Assembly: GCA_002269645.1 (NCBI GenBank)
Contig: NIVC01002091.1
Location: 1 to 31,889, forward strand
DNA length: 31,889 nucleotides
Origin: Macrostomum lignano
Taxonomy: Eukaryota
Reading direction: 5' to 3'
How positions within the stretch are numbered: the first letter of the stretch is position 1; each line of letters starts with the position of its first letter. Under the pieces are notes generated by a model. That model was not told where the DNA came from. It worked only from the letters and a program-made list of their open reading frames with translations, and made no database searches. Position numbers and translations under genes: made by a program. This document shows positions 1 through 12,734 of this stretch, piece by piece.

Positions 1-3000
1 GATCCTCCCTATCCTCCCTGAGAATCACTCCTGATCCTCCCTGAGAATCACTCCTGATCCTCCCTGACAATCACTCCTGATCCTCCCTGAGAATCACTCC
101 TGATCCTCCCTGAGAATCACTCCTGATCCTCCCTGACAATCACTCCTGATCCTCCCTTAGAATCACTCCTGATCCTCCATGAGAATCACTCCTGATCCTC
201 CCTGACAATCACTCCTGATCCTCCCTGACAATCACTCCTCATCCTCCCTGAGAATCACTCCTGATCCTCCCTGAGAATCACTCCTGATCCTCCCTGAGAA
301 TCACTCCTGATCCTCCCTGACAATCACTCCTGATCCTCCCTGACAATCACTCCTGATCCTCCCTTAGAATCACTCCTGATCCTCCCTGACAATCACTACT
401 GATCCTCCCTTAGAATCACTCCTGATCCTCCCTGAGCATCACTCCTCATCCTCCCTCTGAGAATCACTCCTGATCCTCCCTGAGAATCACTCCTGATCCT
501 CCCTGACAATCACTCCTGATCCTCCCTGAGAATCACTCCTGATCCTCCCTGACAATCACTCCTGATCCTCCCTGACAATCACTCCTGATCCTCCCTGACA
601 ATCACTCCTCATCCTCCCTGAGAATCACTCCTGATCCTCCCTGAGAATCACTCCTGATCCTCCCTGACAATCACTCCTGATCCTCCCTGAGAATCACTCC
701 TGATCCTCCCTGACAATCACTCCTGATCCTCCCTGAGAATCACTCCTGATCCTCCCTGAGAATCACTCCTGATCCTCCCTGTGAATCACTCCTGATCCGT
801 CCCTGAGAATCACTCCTGATCCTCCCTGAGAATCACTCCTGATCCTCCTATCCTCCCTGAGAATCACTCCTGATCCTCCCTGAGAATCACTCCTGATCCT
901 CCCTGACAATCACCCTGATCCTCCCTATCCTCCCTGAGAATCACTCCTGATCCTCCCTGAGAATCACTCCTGATCCTCCCTGACAATCACTCCTGATCCT
1001 CCCTATCCTCCCTGAGAATCACTCCTGATCCTCCCTGAGAATCACTCCTGATCCTCCCTGACAATCACTCCTGATCCTCCCTGACAATCACTCCTGATCC
1101 TCCCTGACAATCACTCCTGATCCTCCCTGACAATCACTCCTGATCCTCCCTTAGAATCACTCCTGATCCTCCATGAGAATCACTCCTGATCCTCCCTGAC
1201 AATCACTCCTGATCCTCCCTGAGAATCACTCCTGATCCTCCCTGAGAATCACTCCTGATCCTCCCTGAGAATCACTCCTGATCCTCCCTGAGAATCACTC
1301 CTGATCCTCCCTGAATCACTCCTGATCCTCCCTGAATCCTCCTGAGAATCACTCCTGATCCTCCCTGAGAATCACTCCTGATCCTCCCTGACAATCACTC
1401 CTGATCCTCCCTGAGAATCACTCCTGATCCTCCCTGAGAATCACTCCTGATCCTCCCTGAGAATCACTCCTGATCCTCCCTGAGAATCACTCCTGATCCT
1501 CCCTGACAATCACTCCTGATCCTCCCTGAGAATCACTCCTGATCCTCCCTGAGAATCACTCCTGATCCTCCCTGAGAATCACTCCTGATCCTCCCTGAGA
1601 ATCACTCCTGATCCTCCCTGACAATCACTCCTGATCCTCCCTGAGAATCACTCCTGATCCTCCCTGACAATCACTCCTGATCCTCCCTGAGAATCACTCC
1701 TGATCCTCCCTGACAATCACTCCTGATCCTCCCTGAGAATCACTCCTGATCCTCCCTGAGAATCACTCCTGATCCTCCCTGACAATCACTCCTGATCCTC
1801 CCTGAGAATCACTCCTGATCCTCCCTGAGAATCACTCCTGATCCTCCCTGACAATCACTCCTGATCCTCCCTGAGAATCACTCCTGATCCTCCCTGAGAA
1901 TCACTCCTGATCCTCCCTGACAATCACTCCTGATCCTCCCTGAGAATCACTCCTGATCCTCCCTGAGAATCACTCCTGATCCTCCCTGACAATCACTCCT
2001 GATCCTCCCTGACAATCCTCCCTGAGAATCACTCCTGATCCTCCCTGAGAATCACTCCTGATCCTCCCTGAGAATCACTCCTGATCCTCCCTGACAATCA
2101 CTCCTGATCCTCCTATCCTCCCTGAGAATCACTCCTGATCCTCCCTGAGAATCACTCCTGATCCTCCCTGACAATCACTCCTGATCCTCCCTGAGAATCA
2201 CTCCTGATCCTCCCTGAGAATCACTCCTGATCCTCCCTGACAATCACTCCTGATCCTCCCTGAGAATCACTCCTGATCCTCCCTGAGAATCACTCCTGAT
2301 CCTCCCTGACAATCACTCCTGATCCTCCCTGAGAATCACTCCTGATCCTCCCTGACAATCACTCCTGATCCTCCCTGACAATCACTCCTGATCCTCCCTG
2401 AGAATCACTCCTGATCCTCCCTGACAATCACTCCTGATCCTCCCTGACAATCACTCCTGATCCTCCCTGAGAATCACTCCTGATCCTCCCTGACAATCAC
2501 TCCTGATCCTCCCTGAATCACTCCTGATCCTCCCTGACAATCACTCCTGATCCTCCCTGAGAATCACTCCTGATCCTCCCTGAGAATCACTCCTGATCCT
2601 CCCTGACAATCACTCCTGATCCTCCCTGAGAATCACTCCTGATCCTCCCTGACAATCACTCCTGATCCTCCCTGAGAATCACTCCTGATCCTCCCTGAGA
2701 ATCACTCCTGATCCTCCCTGAATCACTCCTGATCCTCCCTGAGAATCACTCCTGATCCTCCCTGAGAATCACTCCTGATCCTCCCTATCCTCCCTGAGAA
2801 TCACTCCTGATCCTCCCTGAGAATCACTCCTGATCCTCCCTGACAATCACTCCTGATCCTCCCTATCCTCCCTGAGAATCACTCCTGATCCTCCCTGAGA
2901 ATCACTCCTGATCCTCCCTGACAATCACTCCTGATCCTCCTATCCTCCCTGAGAATCACTCCTGATCCTCCCTGAGAATCACTCCTGATCCTCCCTGAGA

Positions 3001-3271
3001 ATCACTCCTGATCCTCCCTGACAATCACTCCTGATCCTCCCTGACAATCACTCCTGATCCTCCCTGACAATCACTCCTGATCCTCCCTAGAATCACTCCT
3101 GATCCTCCCTGAGAATCACTCCTGATCCTCCCTGACAATCACTCCTGATCCTCCCTGACAATCACTCCTGATCCTCCCTGAGAATCACTCCTGATCCTCC
3201 CTGAGAATCACTCCTGATCCTCCCTGAGAATCACTCCTGATCCTCCCTGTGAATCACTCCTGATCCTCCCT

Positions 3272-3409
3272 GACAATCACTACTGATCCTCCCTTAGAAT
3301 CACTCCTGATCCTCCCTGACAATCACTACTGATCCTCCCTTAGAATCACTCCTGATCCTCCCTGACAATCACTACTGATCCTCCCTTAGAATCACTCCTG
3401 ATCCTCCCT
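3272..3409. repeat. 46-bp dimer (Ca-Ta) x3
   Basis: GACAATCACTACTGATCCTCCCT+TAGAATCACTCCTGATCCTCCCT at 3272, 3318 and 3364, three identical copies. Confidence 0.93.
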
Positions 3410-3776
3410 GAGAATCACTCCTGATCCTCCCTGACATCACTCCTGATCCTCCCTGAGAATCACTCCTGATCCTCCCTGACAATCACTCCTGATCCTCCCT
3501 GAGAATCACTCCTGATCCTCCCTGACAATCACTCCTGATCCTCCCTGAGAATCACTCCTGATCCTCCCTGAGAATCACTCCTGATCCTCCCTGACAATCA
3601 CTCCTGATCCTCCCTGAGAATCACTCCTGATCCTCCCTGACAATCACTCCTGATCCTCCCTGAGAATCACTCCTGATCCTCCCTGAGAATCACTCCTGAT
3701 CCTCCCTGTGAATCACTCCTGATCGTCCCTGAGAATCACTCCTGATCCTCCCTGAGAATCACTCCTGATCCTCCCT

Positions 3777-4107
3777 ATCCTCCCTGAGAATCACTCCTGA
3801 TCCTCCCTGAGAATCACTCCTGATCCTCCCTGACAATCACTCCTGATCCTCCCTGACAATCACTCCTCATCCTCCCTGAGAATCACTCCTGATCCTCCCT
3901 GACAATCACTCCTGATCCTCCCTGACAATCGCTCCTGATCCTCCCTGAGAATCACTCCTGATCCTCCCTGACAATCACTCCTGATCCTCCCTGAGAATCA
4001 CTCCTGATCCTCCCTGAGAATCACTCCTGATCCTCCCTGTGAATCACTCCTGATCCTCCCTGAGAATCACTCCTGATCCTCCCTGAGAATCACTCCTGAT
4101 CCTCCCT
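3777..4107. repeat. 331-bp module (I + 14 monomers), first of five related copies
   Basis: I-G-G-C-C-G-(C/G)-C-G-C-G-G-T-G-G. The I-to-I distance is 331 bp at 3777, 12680 and 23438, 329 bp at 8961 and 330 bp at 18718. Confidence 0.8.
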
Positions 4108-7100
4108 ATCCTCCCTGAGAATCACTCCTGATCCTCCCTGAGAATCACTCCTGATCCTCCCTGACAATCACTCCTGACCTATCCTCCCTGAGAATCACTC
4201 CTGATCCTCCCTGAGAATCACTCCTGATCCTCCCTGACAATCACTCCTGATCCTCCCTATCCTCCCTGAGAATCACTCCTGATCCTCCCTGAGAATCACT
4301 CCTGATCCTCCCTGACAATCACTCCTGATCCTCCCTGACAATCACTCCTGATCCTCCCTGAGAATCACTCCTGATCCTCCCTGACAATCACTCCTGATCC
4401 TCCCTTAGAATCACTCCTGATCCTCCATGAGAATCACTCCTGATCCTCCCTGACAATCGCTCCTGATCCTCCCTGAGAATCACTCCTGATCCTCCCTGAC
4501 AATCACTCCTGATCCTCCCTGAGAATCACTCCTGATCCTCCCTGAGAATCACTCCTGATCCTCCCTGTGAATCACTCCTGATCCTCCCTATCCTCCCTGA
4601 GAATCACTCCTGATCCTCCCTGAGAATCACTCCTGATCCTCCCTGACAATCACTCCTGATCCTCCCTATCCTCCCTGAGAATCACTCCTGATCCTCCCTG
4701 AGAATCACTCCTGATCCTCCCTGACAATCACTCCTGATCCTCCCTGAGAATCACTCCTGATCCTCCCTGAGAATCACTCCTGATCCTCCCTGAGAATCAC
4801 TCCTGATCCTCCCTGACAATCACTCCTGATCCTCCCTGACAATCACTACTGATCCTCCCTTAGAATCACTCCTGATCCTCCCTGAGCAATCACTCCTGAT
4901 CCTCCCTGAGAATCACTCCTGATCCTCCCTGAGAATCACTCCTGATCCTCCCTGACAATCACTCCTGATCCTCCCTGAGAATCACTCCTGATCCTCCCTG
5001 ACAATCACTCCTGATCCTCCCTGAGAATCACTCCTGATCCTCCCTGACAATCACTCCTGATCCTCCCTAGAATCACTCCTGATCCTCCCTGAGAATCACT
5101 CCTGATCCTCCCTGACAATCACTCCTGATCCTCCCTATCCTCCCTGAGAATCACTCCTGATCCTCCCTGAGAATCACTCCTGATCCTCCCTGACAATCAC
5201 TCCTGATCCTCCCTATCCTCCCTGAGAATCACTCCTGATCCTCCCTGAGAATCACTCCTGATCCTCCCTGACAATCACTCCTGATCCTCCCTGACAATCA
5301 CTCCTGATCCTCCCTGAGAATCACTCCTGATCCTCCCTGACAATCACTCCTGATCCTCCCTAGAATCACTCCTGATCCTCCCTGAGAATCACTCCTGATC
5401 CTCCCTGACAATCACTCCTGATCCTCCCTGACAATCACTCCTGATCCTCCCTGAGAATCACTCCTGATCCTCCCTGAGAATCACTCCTGATCCTCCCTGA
5501 GAATCACTCCTGATCCTCCCTGACAATCACTCCTGATCCTCCCTGACAATCACTCCTGATCCTCCCTGAGAATCACTCCTGATCCTCCCTGACAATCACT
5601 CCTGATCCTCCCTAGAATCACTCCTGATCCTCCCTGAGAATCACTCCTCATCCTCCCTGAGAATCACTCCTGATCCTCCCTGAGAATCACTCCTGATCCT
5701 CCCTGACAATCACTCCTGATCCTCCCTGAGAATCACTCCTGATCCTCCCTGACAATCACTCCTGATCCTCCCTGAGAATCACTCCTGATCCTCCCTGACA
5801 ATCACTCCTCATCCTCCCTGAGAATCACTCCTGATCCTCCCTGAGAATCACTCCTGATCCTCCCTGACAATCACTCCTGATCCTCCCTGAGAATCACTCC
5901 TGATCCTCCCTGACAATCACTCCTGATCCTCCCTGAGAATCACTCCTGATCCTCCCTGAGAATCACTCCTGATCCTCCCTGAATCACTCCTGATCTCCCT
6001 GAGAATCACTCCTGATCCTCCCTGAGAATCACTCCTGATCCTCCCTATCCTCCCTGAGAATCACTCCTGATCCTCCCTGAGAATCACTCCTGATCCTCCC
6101 TGACAATCACTCCTGATCCTCCCTATCCTCCCTGAGAATCACTCCTGATCCTCCCTGAGAATCACTCCTGATCCTCCCTGACAATCACTCCTGATCCTCC
6201 CTATCCTCCCTGAGAATCACTCCTGATCCTCCCTGAGAATCACTCCTGATCCTCCCTGACAATCACTCCTGATCCTCCCTGACAATCACTCCTGATCCTC
6301 CCTGACAATCACTCCTGATCCTCCCTGACAATCACTCCTGATCCTCCCTGAGAATCACTCCTGATCCTCCCTGAGAATCACTCCTGATCCTCCCTGACAA
6401 TCACTCCTGATCCTCCCTGAGAATCACTCCTGATCCTCCCTGACAATCACTCCTGATCCTCCCTGAGAATCACTCCTGATCCTCCCTGAGAATCACTCCT
6501 GATCCTCCCTGAATCACTCCTGATCCTCCCTATCCTCCCTGAGAATCACTCCTGATCCTCCCTGAGAATCACTCCTGATCCTCCCTGACAATCACTCCTG
6601 ATCCTCCCTGAGAATCACTCCTGATCCTCCCTGAGAATCACTCCTGATCCTCCCTGAGAATCACTCCTGATCCTCCCTGAGAATCACTCCTGATCCTCCC
6701 TGACAATCACTCCTGATCCTCCCTTAGAATCACTCCTGATCCTCCCTGAGCATCACTCCTGATCCTCCCTGAGAATCACTCCTGATCCTCCCTGAGAATC
6801 ACTCCTGATCCTCCCTGACAATCACTCCTGATCCTCCCTGAGAATCACTCCTGATCCTCCCTGACAATCACTCCTGATCCTCCCTGAGAATCACTCCTGA
6901 TCCTCCCTGACAATCACTCCTGATCCTCCCTGAGAATCACTCCTGATCCTCCCTGAGAATCACTCCTGATCCTCCCTGACAATCACTCCTGATCCTCCCT
7001 GAGAATCACTCCTGATCCTCCCTGACAATCACTCCTGATCCTCCCTGAGAATCACTCCTGATCCTCCCTGAGAATCACTCCTGATCCTCCCTGAGAATCA

Positions 7101-10100
7101 CTCCTGATCCTCCCTGACAATCACTCCTGATCCTCCCTGAGAATCACTCCTGATCCTCCCTGAGAATCACTCCTGATCCTCCCTGACAATCACTCCTGAT
7201 CCTCCCTATCCTCCCTGAGAATCACTCCTGATCCTCCCTGAGAATCACTCCTGATCCTCCCTGAGAATCACTCCTGATCCTCCCTGACAATCACTCCTGA
7301 TCCTCCTATCCTCCCTGAGAATCACTCCTGATCCTCCCTGAGAATCACTCCTGATCCTCCCTGACAATCACTCCTGATCCTCCCTAGAATCACTCCTGAT
7401 CCTCCCTGAGAATCACTCCTGATCCTCCCTGACAATCACTCCTGATCCTCCCTGACAATCACTCCTGATCCTCCCTGAGAATCACTCCTGATCCTCCCTG
7501 ACAATCACTCCTGATCCTCCCTGAGAATCACTCCTGATCCTCCCTGACAATCACTCCTGATCCTCCCTGACAATCACTCCTGATCCTCCCTAGAATCACT
7601 CCTGATCCTCCCTGACAATCACTACTGATCCTCCCTGACAATCGCTCCTGATCCTCCCTGAGAATCACTCCTGATCCTCCCTGACAATCACTCCTGATCC
7701 TCCCTGACAATCACTCCTGATCCTCCCTGACAATCACTCCTGATCCTCCCTGAGAATCACTCCTGATCCTCCCTGAGAATCACTCCTGATCCTCCCTGAC
7801 AATCACTCCTGATCCTCCCTGAGAATCACTCCTGATCCTCCCTGACAATCACTCCTGATCCTCCCTGAGAATCACTCCTGATCCTCCCTGAGAATCACTC
7901 CTGATCCTCCCTGTGAATCACTCCTGATCCTCCCTGAGAATCACTCCTGATCCTCCCTGAGAATCACTCCTGATCCTCCCTATCCTCCCTGAGAATCACT
8001 CCTGATCCTCCCTGAGAATCACTCCTGATCCTCCCTGACAATCACTCCTGATCCTCCCTATCCTCCCTGAGAATCACTCCTGATCCTCCCTGAGAATCAC
8101 TCCTGATCCTCCCTGACAATCACTCCTGATCCTCCCTGAGAATCACTCCTGATCCTCCCTGAGAATCACTCCTGATCCTCCCTGAGAATCACTCCTGATC
8201 CTCCCTGACAATCACTCCTGATCCTCCCTGAGAATCACTCCTGATCCTCCCTGACAATCACTCCTGATCCTCCCTAGAATCACTCCTGATCCTCCATGAG
8301 AATCACTCCTGATCCTCCCTGACAATCACTCCTGATCCTCCCTGACAATCACTCCTGATCCTCCCTGAGAATCACTCCTGATCCTCCCTGAGAATCACTC
8401 CTGATCCTCCCTGAGAATCACTCCTGATCCTCCCTGTGAATCACTCCTGATCCTCCCTGACAATCACTCCTGATCCTCCCTAGAATCACTCCTGATCCTC
8501 CCTGACAATCACTCCTGATCCTCCCTAGAATCACTCCTGATCCTCCCTGAATCACTCCTCATCCTCCCTGAGAATCACTCCTGATCCTCCCTGAGAATCA
8601 CTCCTGATCCTCCCTGACAATCACTCCTGATCCTCCCTGAGAATCACTCCTGATCCTCCCTGACAATCACTCCTGATCCTCCCTGAGAATCACTCCTGAT
8701 CCTCCCTGACAATCACTCCTGATCCTCCCTGAGAATCACTCCTGATCCTCCCTGAGAATCACTCCTGATCCTCCCTGACAATCACTCCTGATCCTCCCTG
8801 AGAATCACTCCTGATCCTCCCTGACAATCACTCCTGATCCTCCCTGAGAATCACTCCTGATCCTCCCTGAGAATCACTCCTGATCCTCCCTGTGAATCAC
8901 TCCTGATCCTCCCTGAGAATCACTCCTGATCCTCCCTGAGAATCACTCCTGATCCTCCCTATCCTCCCTGAGAATCACTCCTGATCCTCCCTGAGAATCA
9001 CTCCTGATCCTCCCTGACAATCACTCCTGATCCTCCCTGACAATCACTCCTGATCCTCCCTGAGAATCACTCCTGATCCTCCCTGACAATCACTCCTGAT
9101 CCTCCCTGACAATCACTCCTGATCCTCCCTGAGAATCACTCCTGATCCTCCCTGACAATCACTCCTGATCCTCCCTGAGAATCACTCCTGATCCTCCCTG
9201 AGAATCACTCCTGATCCTCCCTGAATCACTCCTGATCCTCCCTGAGAATCACTCCTGATCCTCCCTGAGAATCACTCCTGATCCTCCCTATCCTCCCTGA
9301 GAATCACTCCTGATCCTCCCTGAGAATCACTCCTGATCCTCCCTGACAATCACTCCTGATCCTCCCTATCCTCCCTGAGAATCACTCCTGATCCTCCCTG
9401 AGAATCACTCCTGATCCTCCCTGACAATCACTCCTGATCCTCCCTATCCTCCCTGAGAATCACTCCTGATCCTCCCTGAGAATCACTCCTGATCCTCCCT
9501 GACAATCACTCCTGATCCTCCCTCCCTGAGAATCACTCCTGATCCTCCCTGAGAATCACTCCTGATCCTCCCTGACAATCACTCCTGATCCTCCCTGAGA
9601 ATCACTCCTGATCCTCCCTGAGAATCACTCCTGATCCTCCCTGACAATCACTCCTGATCCTCCCTGACAATCACTCCTGATCCTCCCTGAGAATCACTCC
9701 TGATCCTCCCTGACAATCACTCCTGATCCTCCCTGAGAATCACTCCTGATCCTCCCTGACAATCACTCCTGATCCTCCCTGACAATCACTCCTGATCCTC
9801 CCTGAGAATCACTCCTGATCCTCCCTGACAATCACTCCTGATCCTCCCTGAGAATCACTCCTGATCCTCCCTGAGAATCACTCCTGATCCTCCCTGACAA
9901 TCACTCCTGATCCTCCCTGAGAATCACTCCTGATCCTCCCTGACAATCACTCCTGATCCTCCCTGACAATCACTCCTGATCCTCCCTGAGAATCACTCCT
10001 GATCCTCCCTGACAATCACTCCTGATCCTCCCTGAGAATCACTCCTGATCCTCCCTGAGAATCACTCCTGATCCTCCCTGAATCACTCCTGATCCTCCCT

Positions 10101-10389
10101 GAGAATCACTCCTGATCCTCCCTGAGAATCACTCCTGATCCTCCCTATCCTCCCTGAGAATCACTCCTGATCCTCCCTGAGAATCACTCCTGATCCTCCC
10201 TGACAATCACTCCTGATCCTCCCTATCCTCCCTGAGAATCACTCCTGATCCTCCCTGAGAATCACTCCTGATCCTCCCTGACAATCACTCCTGATCCTCC
10301 CTATCCTCCCTGAGAATCACTCCTGATCCTCCCTGAGAATCACTCCTGATCCTCCCTGACAATCACTCCTGATCCTCCCTATCCTCCCT

Positions 10390-11145
10390 AGAATCACTCC
10401 TGATCCTCCCTGAGAATCACTCCTGATCCTCCCTGACAATCACTCCTGATCCTCCCTAGAATCACTCCTGATCCTCCCTGAGAATCACTCCTGATCCTCC
10501 CTGACAATCACTCCTGATCCTCCCTGACAATCACTCCTGATCCTCCCTGAGAATCACTCCTGATCCTCCCTGACAATCACTCCTGATCCTCCCTGAGAAT
10601 CACTCCTGATCCTCCCTGACAATCACTCCTGATCCTCCCTGACAATCACTCCTGATCCTCCCTAGAATCACTCCTGATCCTCCCTGACAATCACTCCTGA
10701 TCCTCCCTGAGAATCACTCCTGATCCTCCCTGAGAATCACTCCTGATCCTCCCTGAGAATCACTCCTGATCCTCCCTGAGAATCACTCCTGATCCTCCCT
10801 GACAATCACTCCTGATCCTCCCTGAGAATCACTCCTGATCCTCCCTGACAATCACTCCTGATCCTCCCTGAGAATCACTCCTGATCCTCCCTGACAATCA
10901 CTCCTGATCCTCCCTGAGAATCACTCCTGATCCTCCCTGAGAATCACTCCTGATCCTCCCTGACAATCACTCCTGATCCTCCCTGAGAATCACTCCTGAT
11001 CCTCCCTGACAATCACTCCTGATCCTCCCTGAGAATCACTCCTGATCCTCCCTGAGAATCACTCCTGATCCTCCCTGAGAATCACTCCTGATCCTCCCTG
11101 AGAATCACTCCTGATCCTCCCTGAGAATCACTCCTGATCCTCCCT
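10390..11145. repeat. 756-bp, 33-monomer block repeated at 13253-14008 and 14252-15004
   Basis: The order D G C D G C C G C G C C D C G G G G C G C G C G G C G C G G G G G, then I, is the same in all three places. Confidence 0.88.
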
Positions 11146-12734
11146 ATCCTCCCTGAGAATCACTCCTGATCCTCCCTGAGAATCACTCCTGATCCTCCCT
11201 GACAATCACTCCTGATCCTCCCTATCCTCCCTGAGAATCACTCCTGATCCTCCCTGAGAATCACTCCTGATCCTCCCTGAGAATCACTCCTGATCCTCCC
11301 TGAGAATCACTCCTGATCCTCCCTGAGAATCACTCCTGATCCTCCCTGACAATCACTCCTGATCCTCCCTGAATCACTCCTGATCCTCCCTGAGAATCAC
11401 TCCTGATCCTCCCTGACAATCACTCCTGATCCTCCCTGAGAATCACTCCTGATCCTCCCTGACAATCACTCCTGATCCTCCCTGACAATCACTCCTGATC
11501 CTCCCTGAGAATCACTCCTGATCCTCCCTGACAATCACTCCTGATCCTCCCTGACAATCACTCCTGATCCTCCCTGAGAATCACTCCTGATCCTCCCTGA
11601 CAATCACTCCTGATCCTCCCTGAGAATCACTCCTGATCCTCCCTGACAATCACTCCTGATCCTCCCTGAGAATCACTCCTGATCCTCCCTGAGAATCACT
11701 CCTGATCCTCCCTGACAATCACTCCTGATCCTCCCTGAGAATCACTCCTGATCCTCCCTGACAATCACTCCTGATCCTCCCTGAGAATCACTCCTGATCC
11801 TCCCTGAGAATCACTCCTGATCCTCCCTGAATCACTCCTGATCCTCCTATCCTCCCTGAGAATCACTCCTGATCCTCCCTGAGAATCACTCCTGATCCTC
11901 CCTGACAATCACTCCTGATCCTCCCTATCCTCCCTGAGAATCACTCCTGATCCTCCCTGAGAATCACTCCTGATCCTCCCTGACAATCACTCCTGATCCT
12001 CCTATCCTCCCTGAGAATCACTCCTGATCCTCCCTGAGAATCACTCCTGATCCTCCCTGAGAATCACTCCTGATCCTCCCTGAGAATCACTCCTGATCCT
12101 CCCTGAGAATCACTCCTGATCCTCCCTGACAATCACTCCTGATCCTCCCTGAGAATCACTCCTGATCCTCCCTGAGAATCACTCCTGATCCTCCCTGAGA
12201 ATCACTCCTGATCCTCCCTGACAATCACTCCTGATCCTCCCTGAGAATCACTCCTGATCCTCCCTGAGAATCACTCCTGATCCTCCCTGAGAATCACTCC
12301 TGATCCTCCCTGAGAATCACTCCTGATCCTCCCTGAGAATCACTCCTGATCCTCCCTGAGAATCACTCCTGATCCTCCCTGACAATCACTCCTGATCCTC
12401 CCTGAGAATCACTCCTGATCCTCCCTGACAATCACTCCTGATCCTCCCTGAGAATCACTCCTGATCCTCCCTGAGAATCACTCCTGATCCTCCCTGACAA
12501 TCACTCCTGATCCTCCCTGAGAATCACTCCTGATCCTCCCTGACAATCACTCCTGATCCTCCCTGAGAATCACTCCTGATCCTCCCTGAGAATCACTCCT
12601 GATCCTCCCTGAGAATCACTCCTGATCCTCCCTGAGAATCACTCCTGATCCTCCCTGAGAATCACTCCTGATCCTCCCTATCCTCCCTGAGAATCACTCC
12701 TGATCCTCCCTGAGAATCACTCCTGATCCTCCCT

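Noticed and set aside
180-205. Plus-strand ATG mini-ORFs from the CCAT allele
   Set aside because: ATG AGA ATC ACT CCT GAT CCT CCC TGA gives only 8 aa, a by-product of a point variant.
780-789. CRP-like TGTGA...TCAC in T monomers, and AP-1-like TGA(G/C)..TCA in G/C monomers
   Set aside because: The spacing is wrong (CRP needs 6 nt between half-sites, AP-1 is TGA(G/C)TCA) and there is no promoter context.
7528-7710. 60-aa minus-strand ORF from the track
   Set aside because: It starts at a TTG inside a C monomer and is the three-frame translation of the repeat (SGRIRSD/QGGSGVI/REDQE). It is extended only because local variants, including the 1-bp-short D unit at 7592, shift the frame past the TGA. 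There is no domain or other coding evidence.
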